Shown in pieces: positions 1 through 11,100 of a DNA stretch of 34,783 nt (the stretch's first letter is position 1; every line of letters starts with the position of its first letter). The stretch lies in contig NC_068981.1 in assembly GCF_001194135.2 (NCBI RefSeq), positions 125,633,189 to 125,667,971 of the forward strand. The letters run 5' to 3'. Both the position numbers and the translations under genes were made by a program. The notes beneath the pieces were generated by a model. That model was not told where the DNA came from, ran no database searches, and saw nothing but the letters and a program-made list of their open reading frames with translations. The stretch comes from Octopus bimaculoides. Its lineage: Eukaryota.

Positions 1-191
1 AAACGTACGTACTACTATAACCTATTGAATTTTTGTTGCTTTTCTTCAAATATATATATATATGTAGATGGAGTCGCTGCTATATATACAAAAATAAACA
101 AATTTGGTAGAAAAGACTCTTTCTGTTTGTTATTTCCTTGTGTTTGCACATATACATTCATTTGCCTTGCTCAGGGGTTTAATGCGTTCAG

Positions 192-296
192 TTTAAGCCC
201 TTGGCCCAACCAGTTTTGAGTAGTATAAGAGAAGATTGGGTGAAACTACATGGACATTTCATTTTTTCGGATGAAGAAGTAACTGACTGTGATTGA
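192..296 (+). CDS. Candidate exon of an unidentified neighbouring gene
   Basis: After the acceptor TTTAATGCGTTCAG| the frame reads FKPLAQPVLSSIREDWVKLHGHFIFSDEE, then either the donor GAA|GTAACT at 279 or VTDCD*. The composition is protein-like, but no homologue was recognised. Confidence 0.25.
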   Translation, partial: FKPLAQPVLSSIREDWVKLHGHFIFSDEEVTDCD

Positions 297-577
297 TCCG
301 TGTATCTTGTTTTGTCCTGTTTGCCGTTGTTGTGCTATCGTCTTTTTCGTGCTTGTTATGTTTTGACAATTTCCATTTGTTGTTTTATATATATAAATTA
401 GCAGAGATGCCTAGCATTGCTCAGGATTAAAATGGCATAGTTTGTATATATATTACAGTTATGTTGAATCATGTGATACGGGAAAGTGCAGCATTGACAA
501 CAAAACATTTGTGGAGTAAATGATGGATTAATTCAACTGAATGACATGTCATGTGTCTGTTTGGAGGATTCCAGGCA

Positions 578-977
578 CTAAATTGGGGGTGGCAGGTATG
601 TGATTTCTGAATGCACTGAGAAGCTGTCAATGGATATACTCTCCTTTGCAGCAGTCAGCACTGCATCTAACATGACCCATTGTATTGTTGACAGTGAATG
701 AATGTAGGTGTAATGGAGATATTGTATGTAAATGGTTACATTACAGAAAGGAGCTGCAATGGGAGACGGCAACAGGGAATTGAACTGTTGAAATGTTGCA
801 GAAGGTAAAGCATTGACATTTGATTGCTGGTCTGGCTGTAGAATAAGATACATACACTGAACCAATGCAGTCTCATGAGAATATGTAGTAATGAATTACT
901 TGAAAAAATAAAGCGTAATGGCTTACCACATGGTTGGTGGGAGTAATTGGAGAATATACTTTGATACTGAAGTCCAT
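578..977 (-). CDS. Candidate spliced coding segment (exons 977 or 966 to 927, and 835 to 578), unknown P/S/T/Q-rich protein
   Basis: A 91-nt intron at 926-836 has donor GTG|GTAAGC and acceptor TCTTATTCTACAG|. It joins MDFSIKVYSPITPTNHV in frame to PDQQSNVNALPSATFQQFNSLLPSPIAAPF...YLPPPI*. No homologue recognised. Confidence 0.35.
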
Positions 978-1090
978 GCAGAAAACTGCTTTGTTGGTGC
1001 AGTCTTTATGTTTGTTGGTATTATGCTGAAATGGTATCCATCTTCACCATTCACAAAGAACAGTGGATACTGAAGTACATTGTAGGATGT
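970..1090 (-). mobile_element. Helitron RepHel N-terminal-region fragment
   Basis: SYNVLQYPLFFVNGEDGYHF...KQFSA-MDF resembles the SYDxLQYPLxFxxGEDGYH...KVSAMDFY segment that precedes the Rep domain in animal Helitrons. Confidence 0.75.
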
Positions 1091-1098
1091 AGTAATTC

Positions 1099-1512
1099 TT
1101 ACAAAACCTCTTGGTAAACAATACTTGTGGAACAAATACAAATAGATTTTTTTGCTTCCTGCTCTAGAGAAGCTAACATATGATTGCCTGTGTGAGAGGC
1201 ATGACCCTTCCAAGTAAAGTCCTACCACTGGCAGTGCTTGACCTGGGGATTTATTGATAGGCATTGAGAAGCTGATATGAATATGAAATTGCACTCTTCT
1301 GACTGTAAAAGGAATTCCTGCTCCAGATGGAATGAAAGGAATCCTGGGTATGAAAACATCCTCTCCTTTTCAACATCCAGAGAGAATAGTGGCCTCAGTA
1401 ACATGTCGCATCATCTTCTTTAAAACCAGGCATTCCTATTGCAGAGTGTTGGTGGATCCAAATTCGTCAATAACATTACTGGAGTTCCCACATTATGTTC
1501 CAATCTGAGGAG
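1099..1512 (-). mobile_element. Degenerate Helitron RepHel, PIF1-helicase C-terminus
   Basis: It reads LLRLEHNVGTPVMLLTNLDPPTLCN / MMRHVTEATILSGC*KGEDVFIPRIPFIPS...VQFHIHISFSMPINKSPGQALPVVGLYLEGSCLSHRQSYVSFSRAG / NLFVFVPQ..IVYQEVL*. This fits the Helitron motifs LRNLDP..LCNGTR, F(A)MTINKSQGQ and HGQLYVA.SR, with frameshifts and stops. Confidence 0.9.
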
Positions 1513-1787
1513 GTAGTCTTCTCTACGTAACCCAGGAAAGGGTATTTTCTGCTCCCAGAGGACCTGTTACTCATGTGAAAAATTTTAAGAGTCTAAAACC
1601 ATCTCTGGAACATAAGTAATGTATGTTCCCAGTTTGGAGAAAATCAGTTGTGAACTTCAGAAGTTATGTGTGTTTACACACACACACAACCTGACTTTTA
1701 TATATATATATAGAAGATACGTGTGCGTGTGAGTGTAATATATATTCATATATATATGTGTGTGTGTTTGTATATCTGTATGTGTGA

Positions 1788-1814
<27 letters not shown>

Positions 1815-1822
<8 letters not shown>

Positions 1823-2020
1823 TTCGTCTGTATTTGTAGCCCCTCCCCACAGCCTGGCAACCAATATTGTTTGTTTGCATTTCCATAACTTACCACTTTG
1901 GCAAAAGACTGATAGAGTAAATACTAAACTTAAAAAGTACTGATCTGTTTGACTAAATCCTTCAAGGCAGTACCCCAGCATGGCCACAGTCCAATAACTG
2001 TGAAAAATAAAAGATTAAAG
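1815..2020 (+). mobile_element. SINE family B, 3' half
   Basis: TTTGGCAAAAGACTGATAGAGTAAATAC...CAGCATGGCCACAGTCC...AAAAGATTAAAGA follows a compound microsatellite. Confidence 0.7.
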
Positions 2021-3046
2021 ATATAGGTTTTGGATTGGTGATTTTATTTGCAATGAGTGCTAATCTTTGAAAATGAAGAAATTATAAAATAACTGCTATG
2101 AATTTTATATAAATGACATTAAATATTATAATCACCAATTTGATTTAGAAAAGAGCACTATGATCACAGAGAGTGATTTGTGGTCTAACAAACAATAGAT
2201 ACATAGCTAAAACTTATCAGTGGACATTTTGTTTCTTTTTCTACGTGAATTTGGTATATATGTCAATTATCATTCTAGACTTTTTTCATTTGAATGCTTA
2301 AATATTAACAATTTCTCTATTATGCAGAAGTTTAGTCAAATCTCAACAATTTCAATTTATCTTATTTTTATTTATTCTTCTCAATTATTTATAAAACATA
2401 TTCAAACATACAATTTCATGTCATATACTTCTTTTCGATTGAAATGTATTCGCCAATGTATATGGGATATTTTTTATTGCATGACATTAAAATAGACAGA
2501 TAAACTATATATTTCTGTCATGGACGATATGAATAGAAATATTAGATTTCTGTATAATTTGTTTAATATTTCTAACTAACATATTATTTTTACTATCATT
2601 TTATTGATATTATCATTAACATTATTGTTGTTGTTATTATGGTTGTGGTTAAGAATTTCACCTTACAGTGATGTGATTCCAGAATTAATATTTGTGTATG
2701 GCATCATATACATGATTTTTTCTACTATAGCTTCAAGTTGATCAATGATTTATGAATGGAATTTGATAAATAAAACATGTATGGAAGCTTATCATATATA
2801 TCTATACATACACACACACTCTGTCACATATATACATATATGAATACAGTCCAGGGAATGAAACCAGTAATAGAATGTGTATATGTGTATGTGTGTGAGT
2901 GTGTATGTGTGTGTGCATGTGTCTGTATGTGTGTGCATGTGTGTGTGTGAAATGCAGTAAGTCAATGACTGGCATTTGGAAACCTGTAACCAATGATACT
3001 ATTGTTACCAATTGCAATACGAAATAAATGAATAAATAAATAAATA

Positions 3047-3209
3047 GGTGTGACTGTGTGGTAAGAAGTATGCTTCCCAACCACATAGTTCTGGGTTCAG
3101 TCCCACTGTGTGGCACTATGAACAAGTGTCTTCTACAGTAACCTCAGGTAGATCAAAGCCTTGTGAGTGGATTTGGTAGACAGAAACTGAAGAAAGCCTG
3201 TTATATATA
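3047..3209 (+). mobile_element. SINE family B, 5' half (interrupted by the mariner)
   Basis: The head GACTGTGTGGTAAGAAG...GGGTTCAGTCCC (B-box-like) is shared with the copies at 25279 and 27712 and ends in a TA run. Confidence 0.75.
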
Positions 3210-3686
3210 CAGGGTGCAGTGAATAAATTTTCGTCTAAATTACACAAAAATGAAAATAACTGACATCTCATTTTAACAGATATATTTACCAAAATTACAC
3301 AAAAATATTTTTAAATACTAAAGAGTAAATTTATTCAATAAAATCGTCATTGGCTTCAACCACAGCCTCCCGACTACTTCAGAATCTCCTGCACCCAACA
3401 CATAATAATCAAGGGGGTTGCAGTCTGGGAAATTAAGTGGCCAGATGTTAGTGGTGATGTGGTTTCAGAAATTGTCTAACTGCCATGATTGGGTTCTCCT
3501 GCTTGTGTGGCATGGTGCAGAGTCCTGTTGCCAACCATAGGGTCTTCCGGTAGCCACCCTCTTGACTCAGGGCAGCACTACCTCCTCCAGGCACTTGATG
3601 TAGGCCTCTGTGTTAAGTCTAAAGCCATGTGGGAAGATGAATGGAGGCATAACATTGCCATCACTAGTGATGACTCCAAACTATAT
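3210..3686 (-). mobile_element. 3' half of a DD37D (maT-like) mariner transposon
   Basis: The minus strand reads FGVITSDGNVMPPFIFPHGFRLNTEAYIKCLEEVVLP*...WQQDSAPCHTSRRTQ...WPLNFPDCNPLDYY...EAVVEANDDFIE*, with 37 aa between QQD and PLD. The TIR-like end CAGGGTGCAGTGAATAAATT follows TA at 3208-3209. Confidence 0.92.
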
Positions 3687-4344
3687 AACACGGTCCTTTG
3701 CAACCGATCAGCTAATATTTTGTAAACAATGTTACAAAACGCTCCACCATGGCTGCAGTCACATGACAGAAACAAGTAAAGCAATAAAATCTATGCCATT
3801 TTCATCCTGAGCAAGGCCGGGTATCTCTGCTGGTCTATATATATATATATATATATATATTTATGTATAGCAGGTTTCTACAAAAATTTCTGTGTGCCAA
3901 ATTTACTCTCAAGGTATTGGTTGGCTTGTCGGCTACAGTTGAAGTCACTTGCTCAAACTGGCACATAAGACTGAATCTGAACCCATGTTCTTACTATACA
4001 CCCATCCTGTTCTTATCACTTTCTTTTTCTTTTTTTTTTTGTTACTACTACTACAGCCAACTTGCATAACACCTCTACTCAAGGCCATCCAGCACATTTC
4101 TTCTCATACTTCATATTGAGTCTCTTCTCCAGAGACTCATTTTACTCATATCCTACATCAGTATTACATCAACAAATTGGAATTCCTTTCCTTCTGACAG
4201 TTTTCTGCAAATCAATGGCCTACAACTGTTCAGGCTGAACACCAGATGCAACAGCTTCACCATTCTCAGAGCCCTTATGAAAGACACAGACTCAGTGTTT
4301 TCCTCTTGGCAACACCATTAAAAAAAAGTTGATAATGATTATTT

Positions 4345-4590
4345 ATTTATCTTTTATTTTTAACTTGTTTCAGTCATTTCACTGTGGCCTTACTAGGGCA
4401 CTGCCATGAAGAATTTTTAGTTGAATGAATCGATCTCAGGACTTATTTTTTCTTTTAAGCCTGGTAATATTCTATCAATCTCTTTTGCCAAACTGCTAAG
4501 CTACAGGGACATAAATAGCCTAACACTAGTCATCAATCGGTGGTGGGGAACAAACAAAGACACACACACATAGATACATACATACGTACG

Positions 4591-4620
<30 letters not shown>
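4345..4620 (-). mobile_element. SINE family B, 3' half with internal microsatellite
   Basis: The reverse complement reads (GT)n...GGCAAAAGAGATTGATAGAATA...GGCCACAGTGAAATGACTGAAACAAG, the same tail as the copies at 1815-2020, 21095-21270 and 32097-32249. Confidence 0.75.
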
Positions 4621-4622
<2 letters not shown>

Positions 4623-5364
4623 GAGGATGTGATGGGTAAATTGTCACCATTTTTAATTCCGCGCATGCACATTGTTTGTTTTTCATTTTGTCAACTACGC
4701 AGTATAGTAGAGTCAGTTAGCCGCTGTCTATTAGAAAAACAGCACCATGACGCAATTCACTCTGCCAGAAATTTGGAAATAACATACTGTACTGCTTGGC
4801 ATTCACACTGGAAGCTCCAATCCTAACATTTCAGAGTGTTTGAGTGTGAATCTGAGGACAGTGCAGAGGATTCAGAAAGAGTGATTATGAAGGTATGGTA
4901 GCTTGGAAAACTCACTCTGATAGTTCTGATGAGAAAAGAAGTTCTGAATTTGTTGGTGAGATCCAGGCCATGACTGACAACAGTCCCTTCAAGTCAATCA
5001 GGTCCATTGCCAGGAACTAGGAGTGTCTGAGTTTCTTATCAGGCAGGTAGTGCAGGAAGACATTCAGTATTCTTCATTCAAGATGAGAAAGGGCCAATTT
5101 TTATCCCAAGCTTTCAAGGACAAGAGGAAAGATTTTATTACGAATCTTTTGAACAAACTCAAGCTTCCCTTCCAACCGAACTTGCTTTGGTTTTTCTCAG
5201 ACAAGAAAAATTTCTGCCAAGATCAAATGGTGAACACATAGAAGAAATATTGGTTTGCCATGTCTCCAGAACATGTACCAAGAGTGATAAAAATCAAACA
5301 TCCAGTCAACATCATATAGTTTGGAGTGATCACTAGTGATGGCAATGTTATGCCTCCATTCATC
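4621..5364 (+). mobile_element. 5' half of the same DD37D mariner
   Basis: The TIR-like start is CAGAGGATGTGATGGGTAAATTGTCACC. It encodes ...NLRTVQRIQ...SIRSIAR..VSEFLIRQVVQEDIQY...LWFFSDKKNFCQDQ...HPVNI..FGVITSDGNVMPPFI and ends abruptly at 5364. Confidence 0.92.
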
Positions 5365-7443
5365 GTGAGTCTCATTTCAGCTTTGCAATCATTAGTTCAC
5401 TGAATTTATGATAGAAAAAGTGACAAGAGAATGTCTATAACTTGATACAGAACAAATATCTCAAGGAACCTCATTTTTAAATGAGCAATAATTGCCAACT
5501 TTTCATGTTGAGTATTTTCAGGCCCTGAAAAGGAAGGTTAATGCTCAGATGCAGTTTTTTGTTTATGTTATGTTTGTGAGATTGCCAGAAGAGTTCATAC
5601 ATAATTATGAAAAATAGCATTTGTTTTATTCATCAATGTGTGATTAGTGCTACTAACTCTAAAACTGGGAAGAAAGTAATTGCAATGTTTATGCTGTTAA
5701 AGATTATGAGCAAAGTATGTGCTAAGAAATAACAACTAGAAATCAAAATTACTTCCTGGCATGAGACAATGAAGCTGCTTTCATGCATTATTTGACCTTC
5801 TGGAAATAGCCAAACCATCCTCAAATTACAGTCAGCAGTCTTAATACATGATTTTTAAAGATAGAATGGACATATTTGGAATGGCTAAGAATATAAATTC
5901 TGCTTAGTCAGACTTGACCTGGGGCTAAACATCATCATCAATATCAACATCATCATTAGCATCATTACCATCATGATCACTACCATAACCACCAGCAACA
6001 ACAACTAGTTGCTGTGTTAAATTGCAGGCAACTTACTACAATAGCTTTTACCTGAAATAGATCTAAGTATTCACATCTGTAGTTATCCTTAGAAATTAAG
6101 TTGGAGAAGAGCACAATTCACATCATAATTGACAAACAAGAGTTCTTTAAAATGATATAGATGAGACTACTGATGTTACTAACATGGCTGTTGACAGCAA
6201 TGATGCTAATATTGTATATAATTAGTTCAGGTAACAAAAGTCATGTGTGAATAATGATTTCTAACAGCAGAATAAACCCATAAATTCTGGAATTGAGTGT
6301 AGTCTCTAATTAATTCCTGTATTTAAGTTAGTTCCTGATTTTTTTTATCAGTCCCAGAGCAGCATATTTTCTGCTCAGAATGTAAATAAGCAAAACTAAA
6401 TTTTATATAATATTTAATTAATTCTATCATTTCAGCTGCTCCACTGTTCTATCAGAGCTCTGATTATTATTGTTGCTAACACAGCTGTGAATATTCATTT
6501 TTAAAAGAAACTAAGAATAATCGATGTTTTTTAGCTCAGGTTTGCCCTATAATCAAAGGCATTTCAGTCATAACTAGTCCATCTTTTTTATTTCAAACAT
6601 TCAGGACAGCACAGTCCAATGTGTCTTTTTCTTTTCTTTTTAAGATGATGAGTGATATTTGAGAGAGATTTAGCTGCTATTCTTAGCAGATTCTTTTGGG
6701 GTTGATAAGATAAGTTCCAGTGGAGCACTGGTGGAAGGGGTTGATGCAATTGATTCATTCCCCCTAAATTTGCTGGCTTCATGCCAAAATTTGAAGCCAT
6801 TATTATTATTCTTACTATTTTAGTCAGAGGAGAACTAGAACCCATAACTTAAGAAAATCCTTTGTGACTGAGAATATCAATGCAGTTGATTTTTCAGAAT
6901 GAATTTTTGTAATTAACATTCCAAAGTAAAAATATAGATAAGGAGAGGAATCTTGAGAGCCCCAACTCTCAGGAGGACTGATTAGGAAATGCAATTTTTT
7001 GACTGGGTTTGGCGGTGGAGGGATGCATGCATGAAGAGAGAAAGAGAAATGGATGGGTTCAGTGCAGTGAGCAATTTACGTATTCATAAAATCAGGGACC
7101 ATTACAGTAGTAATAAGAAAGACAACATATGGACTAATGTGATGGTAGGTGATTCTTCACCAATCAGCCAACTATGAATTCAAATCCTACAGAGGCCAAC
7201 TTTAACCTTCATCCTTCCAACACTGATGAAGTACCTGTCTAGGATGGATGACTAGTAGAAATGTTAGTGTCAGATATGATGCATTTGTGGTATTTATCTC
7301 AGCCCTTTCTAGTTCCAGCTCTTAGCTGGTTCAAACCCTGTCATAACCTTCATGAATCATGGGCAAATTGCAGCCCACAGGACTTCCTGAATGACATACC
7401 AAAATTTCTCAAAGAAAATAATGTTCATTAAAATTTTTTTTTA

Positions 7444-7615
7444 TGGCAGAAAGCTGGTAGAATCGTTAGTACACTGGATGAAATGCTTAGCAGTATTTCG
7501 TCCATCCTTACATTCTGAGTTCAAATTCCACCAAGGTCAACTTTGCTTTTCATCCTTTCAGAGTTAATAAGATGTTCCAGTTGAGCTCTGATGTCAATCT
7601 AATTGACTTAACTGC
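7444..7615 (+). mobile_element. tRNA-derived SINE family A
   Basis: It has an A-box-like TGGTAGAATCGTTAG, a B-box GAGTTCAAATTCC and the body GTCAACTTTGCTTTTCATCCTTT, shared with the copies near 11900, 18361, 21911, 22120 and 27240. Confidence 0.75.
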
Positions 7616-8084
7616 TCCTGAGTATGAGTATAAAACTGTATCCTTCTGCCAAGCCATATCAAGCCAGTGTGGCAAAGTAGACTCAAGCTCAAATTCACGG
7701 CCTACACATCCAATTGGTTGGTGGAAATAACATGTTGAGGCACTCATCCTGCATGACAATCCAAACATGGACAATCCAGTCCAATCCAAATTACTTTCAG
7801 AAGTGCAACTCACTGGATGATGAGCCATATCTTATTCAACCTGCTTCTCAAGAAAGGTTGTCCATGCCTGACCTACATAATCCATCATCTGGTTTAACAG
7901 CACAACTTGGTCCTTGGATATATTTAGTAGAAGTTCATTTTGTCGCAAGTATTCAGTGGTTTTAAGGATATTTCTTTGCTCCTTCCTCCCTACCACAAAT
8001 CTTGGTGGTTCTATAAAGAATTATTGATATGAAATGATCAGAAGAAAAAGCCATTTGATACTTTGGAAGCAAGGGCATGTGATC

Positions 8085-8100
8085 CAGAATGTTTGTGTGC

Positions 8101-8143
<43 letters not shown>

Positions 8144-8325
8144 TGTATGCAAGTGTATGTTGGTATGTATGCATGTGTGTGTAGTGCATGTGTGTGTTGT
8201 GTGCATGTGTGGCTGAGTGTATGCATGTGTGTGCATTTTGTGTGTATGTGCATGTGTGTATGTGTATGAGTGTGTGTGTGGGGTGGTGGTGCATGCATGC
8301 ATGCATGTGTGCATGTGTGTGTGAA
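8085..8325. repeat. Compound (GT)n/(GCAT)n microsatellite
   Basis: Seen directly; it is the source of the spurious HT and CV ORFs. Confidence 0.9.
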
Positions 8326-8820
8326 GCAGCAGTATGGTCCTAGACATATAAGCAGTACCTGAATGAAATATTTAATGTAGCCAAAATAAATGTGCAGCTA
8401 ATGTTGCAGTAAGTAACAGTGTTGTTAATTGAGTAACAGCTACCAGTATTGTTAATTTATATGAGAATAATTAGGTTGCTAGTATAGCTTGCAAGAAAGT
8501 TACAAATTAAAAGATCAATATAAGCTACATCTTGTTTTGCAATTCATTGCCAGGTATTTAACGAAATAACTCACAGCAACAGAACCATATAAAACTGCTT
8601 AAATGAATTAACAACTTTCACCTGCAATGGTATTTTTTTTTCCTTAACAGAACACTGCACTTCCTGCATGGACATACGTTGTGGCTAGTATCAAAATGAT
8701 AAAAACAAATATGTGTGAGTGCGTGTGCGTGTGTATCATGTATGCATGTGTATATACTCGCATTGCCATGTAAAAAGTCTTTATATATATATAAATAATT
8801 TGTATATATAAATATATGTA

Positions 8821-9508
8821 NNNNNNNNNNNNNNNNNNNNNNNNNNNNNNNNNNNNNNNNNNNNNNNNNNNNNNNNNNNNNNNNNNNNNNNNNNNNNNNN
8901 NNNNNNNNNNNNNNNNNNNNNNNNNNNNNNNNNNNNNNNNNNNNNNNNNNNNNNNNNNNNNNNNNNNNNNNNNNNNNNNNNNNNNNNNNNNNNNNNNNNN
9001 NNNNNNNNNNNNNNNNNNNNNNNNNNNNNNNNNNNNNNNNNNNNNNNNNNNNNNNNNNNNNNNNNNNNNNNNNNNNNNNNNNNNNNNNNNNNNNNNNNNN
9101 NNNNNNNNNNNNNNNNNNNNNNNNNNNNNNNNNNNNNNNNNNNNNNNNNNNNNNNNNNNNNNNNNNNNNNNNNNNNNNNNNNNNNNNNNNNNNNNNNNNN
9201 NNNNNNNNNNNNNNNNNNNNNNNNNNNNNNNNNNNNNNNNNNNNNNNNNNNNNNNNNNNNNNNNNNNNNNNNNNNNNNNNNNNNNNNNNNNNNNNNNNNN
9301 NNNNNNNNNNNNNNNNNNNNNNNNNNNNNNNNNNNNNNNNNNNNNNNNNNNNNNNNNNNNNNNNNNNNNNNNNNNNNNNNNNNNNNNNNNNNNNNNNNNN
9401 NNNNNNNNNNNNNNNNNNNNNNNNNNNNNNNNNNNNNNNNNNNNNNNNNNNNNNNNNNNNNNNNNNNNNNNNNNNNNNNNNNNNNNNNNNNNNNNNNNNN
9501 NNNNNNNN
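8821..9508. other. Assembly gap
   Basis: N run flanked by TA-rich repeats. Confidence 1.
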
Positions 9509-10302
9509 TATATAATCTATGAATGATATACATATATATGATATATATATATATATATATATCTATGAATGATATACATATATATGATATATTTATATAT
9601 ATATATATGATATATATCTTTTTACAGTGTACATTAAATGGAATTTTTCTCTCACTGGATGGGGTACTTTTTGTTGAACTTACCTTAAAACAACAGTAAA
9701 CTATATATATATAACTATCATACGTGTATTCATTCTTGAGATGTTCCAGCAGACTCAGACATAAATATGCTTTTCACAGGCACAATGAACCAAAACATTA
9801 AGTTACTAACATTCAACTGTATCACTGAAGTGCGTGTTTGTTGTCAACACAAACTGTTTTAAGTTTCTCTGAAGGCAGAAACCAATAAAAATCAAGTAAA
9901 AAGCATATTTATGTCAAAGTCTGTGGAAACATGTTAAGAATGAATATGTAAACCATTGTCTGTCTGTCTGTATGTATGTATGTATGTATGTATGCATGGG
10001 TGTGTATGTATGTATGTATATAAGACTATGTATGTGTGTGTGTGTGTGTAAATGCAGGATTATATGTATGTTTGCCTATATGTGTATGTATGTGTGACTA
10101 GCCATTCATATCTGGTTTGTAACAGTTTTAATCATAAACTTTTATTTCAGAGACCTTTGAATTAAGTATCAAATATTTTTCATTATGCTAAGGGGTTTTT
10201 ACAGTCTAATGATATGAAGTCCATTTATATATATATATATATATATTTATTTGCACACATATACCTGAGTATTTGTGTGTGTGTGTGTGTATGTATGTAT
10301 GT

Positions 10303-10926
10303 GGAGGCGCAATGGCCCACTGGTTAGGGCAGCGGACTCAGGGTCATAGGATCGCAGTTTCATTTCCCAGACCGGGTGTTGTGAGTGTTTATTGAGCGAA
10401 AACACCTAAAAAGCTCCACAAGGCTCCGGCAAGGGATGGTGGCGAACCCTGCTGTACTCTTTCACCACAACTTTCTCTCACTCTTACTTCCTGTTTCTGT
10501 TGTGCCTGTAATTCAAAGGGTCAGCCTTGTCACACTGTGTCACGCTGAATATCCCCGAGAACTGCGTTAAGGGCACACATGTCTGTGGAGTGCTCAGCCA
10601 CTTGTACGTTAATTTCACGAGCAGGCTGTTCCGTTGATTGGATCAACTGAANNNNNNNNNNTCCGGCAAGGGATGGTGGCGAACCCTGCTGTACTCTTTC
10701 ACCACAACTTTCTCTCACTCTTACTTCCTGTTTCTGTTGTGCCTGTAATTCAAAGGGTCAGCCTTGTCACACTGTGTCACGCTGAATATCCCCGAGAACT
10801 GCGTTAAGGGCACACATGTCTGTGGAGTGCTCAGCCACTTGTACGTTAATTTCACGAGCAGGCTGTTCCGTTGATTGGATCAACTGAAACCCTTGACGTC
10901 GTAAGCGACGGAGTGCCAACAACAAC
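10303..10926 (+). mobile_element. tRNA-derived SINE family C with (CAA)n tail; internal part doubled across a 10-N gap
   Basis: It has an A-box-like TGGCCCACTGGTTAG, a degenerate B-box, a CpG-retaining body and ends CGGAGTGCCAACAACAAC. Segment 10425-10651 is identical to 10662-10888. Confidence 0.75.
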
Positions 10927-10979
10927 ATGTATGTATGTATGTATGCATGCATGCATGTAAGTATGTATGTATGTGTATG

Positions 10980-11010
<31 letters not shown>

Positions 11011-11100
11011 GTATGTGTGTGTATGTGTGTTTGTTAGTGTATGTAGTGTATGTATTTGGGTGTAAAGTTGAATATATGTGTGTGCACACACATATATATT
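10927..11100. repeat. (ATGT)n/(GT)n compound microsatellite
   Basis: Seen directly. Confidence 0.9.

Noticed and set aside
6588-6845. 85-aa minus-strand ORF
   Set aside because: It overlaps the 3' end of a decayed family-A SINE (about 6690-6810, + strand).
7444-7540. tRNA-like A and B boxes
   Set aside because: These are SINE heads continuing into shared SINE bodies, and no cloverleaf is evident, so no tRNA genes are called.
7680-7960. GC-richer stretch with LILHDN, reminiscent of a mariner catalytic motif
   Set aside because: No second motif aligns convincingly; it is probably a very old TE remnant that cannot be assigned.
7962-8347. Overlapping HT- and CV-rich ORFs (likewise near 1660, 2800, 10850, 11500, 27940, 31700 and 32100-33100)
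   Set aside because: They are translations of dinucleotide and tetranucleotide microsatellites.
8781-9533. Long ORFs of X residues (also 20765-21194 and 24374-24775)
   Set aside because: They span assembly gaps.
10425-10888. Perfect 227-bp direct repeat
   Set aside because: The two identical copies flank a 10-N gap, the signature of overlapping contig ends in scaffolding, not a real duplication.
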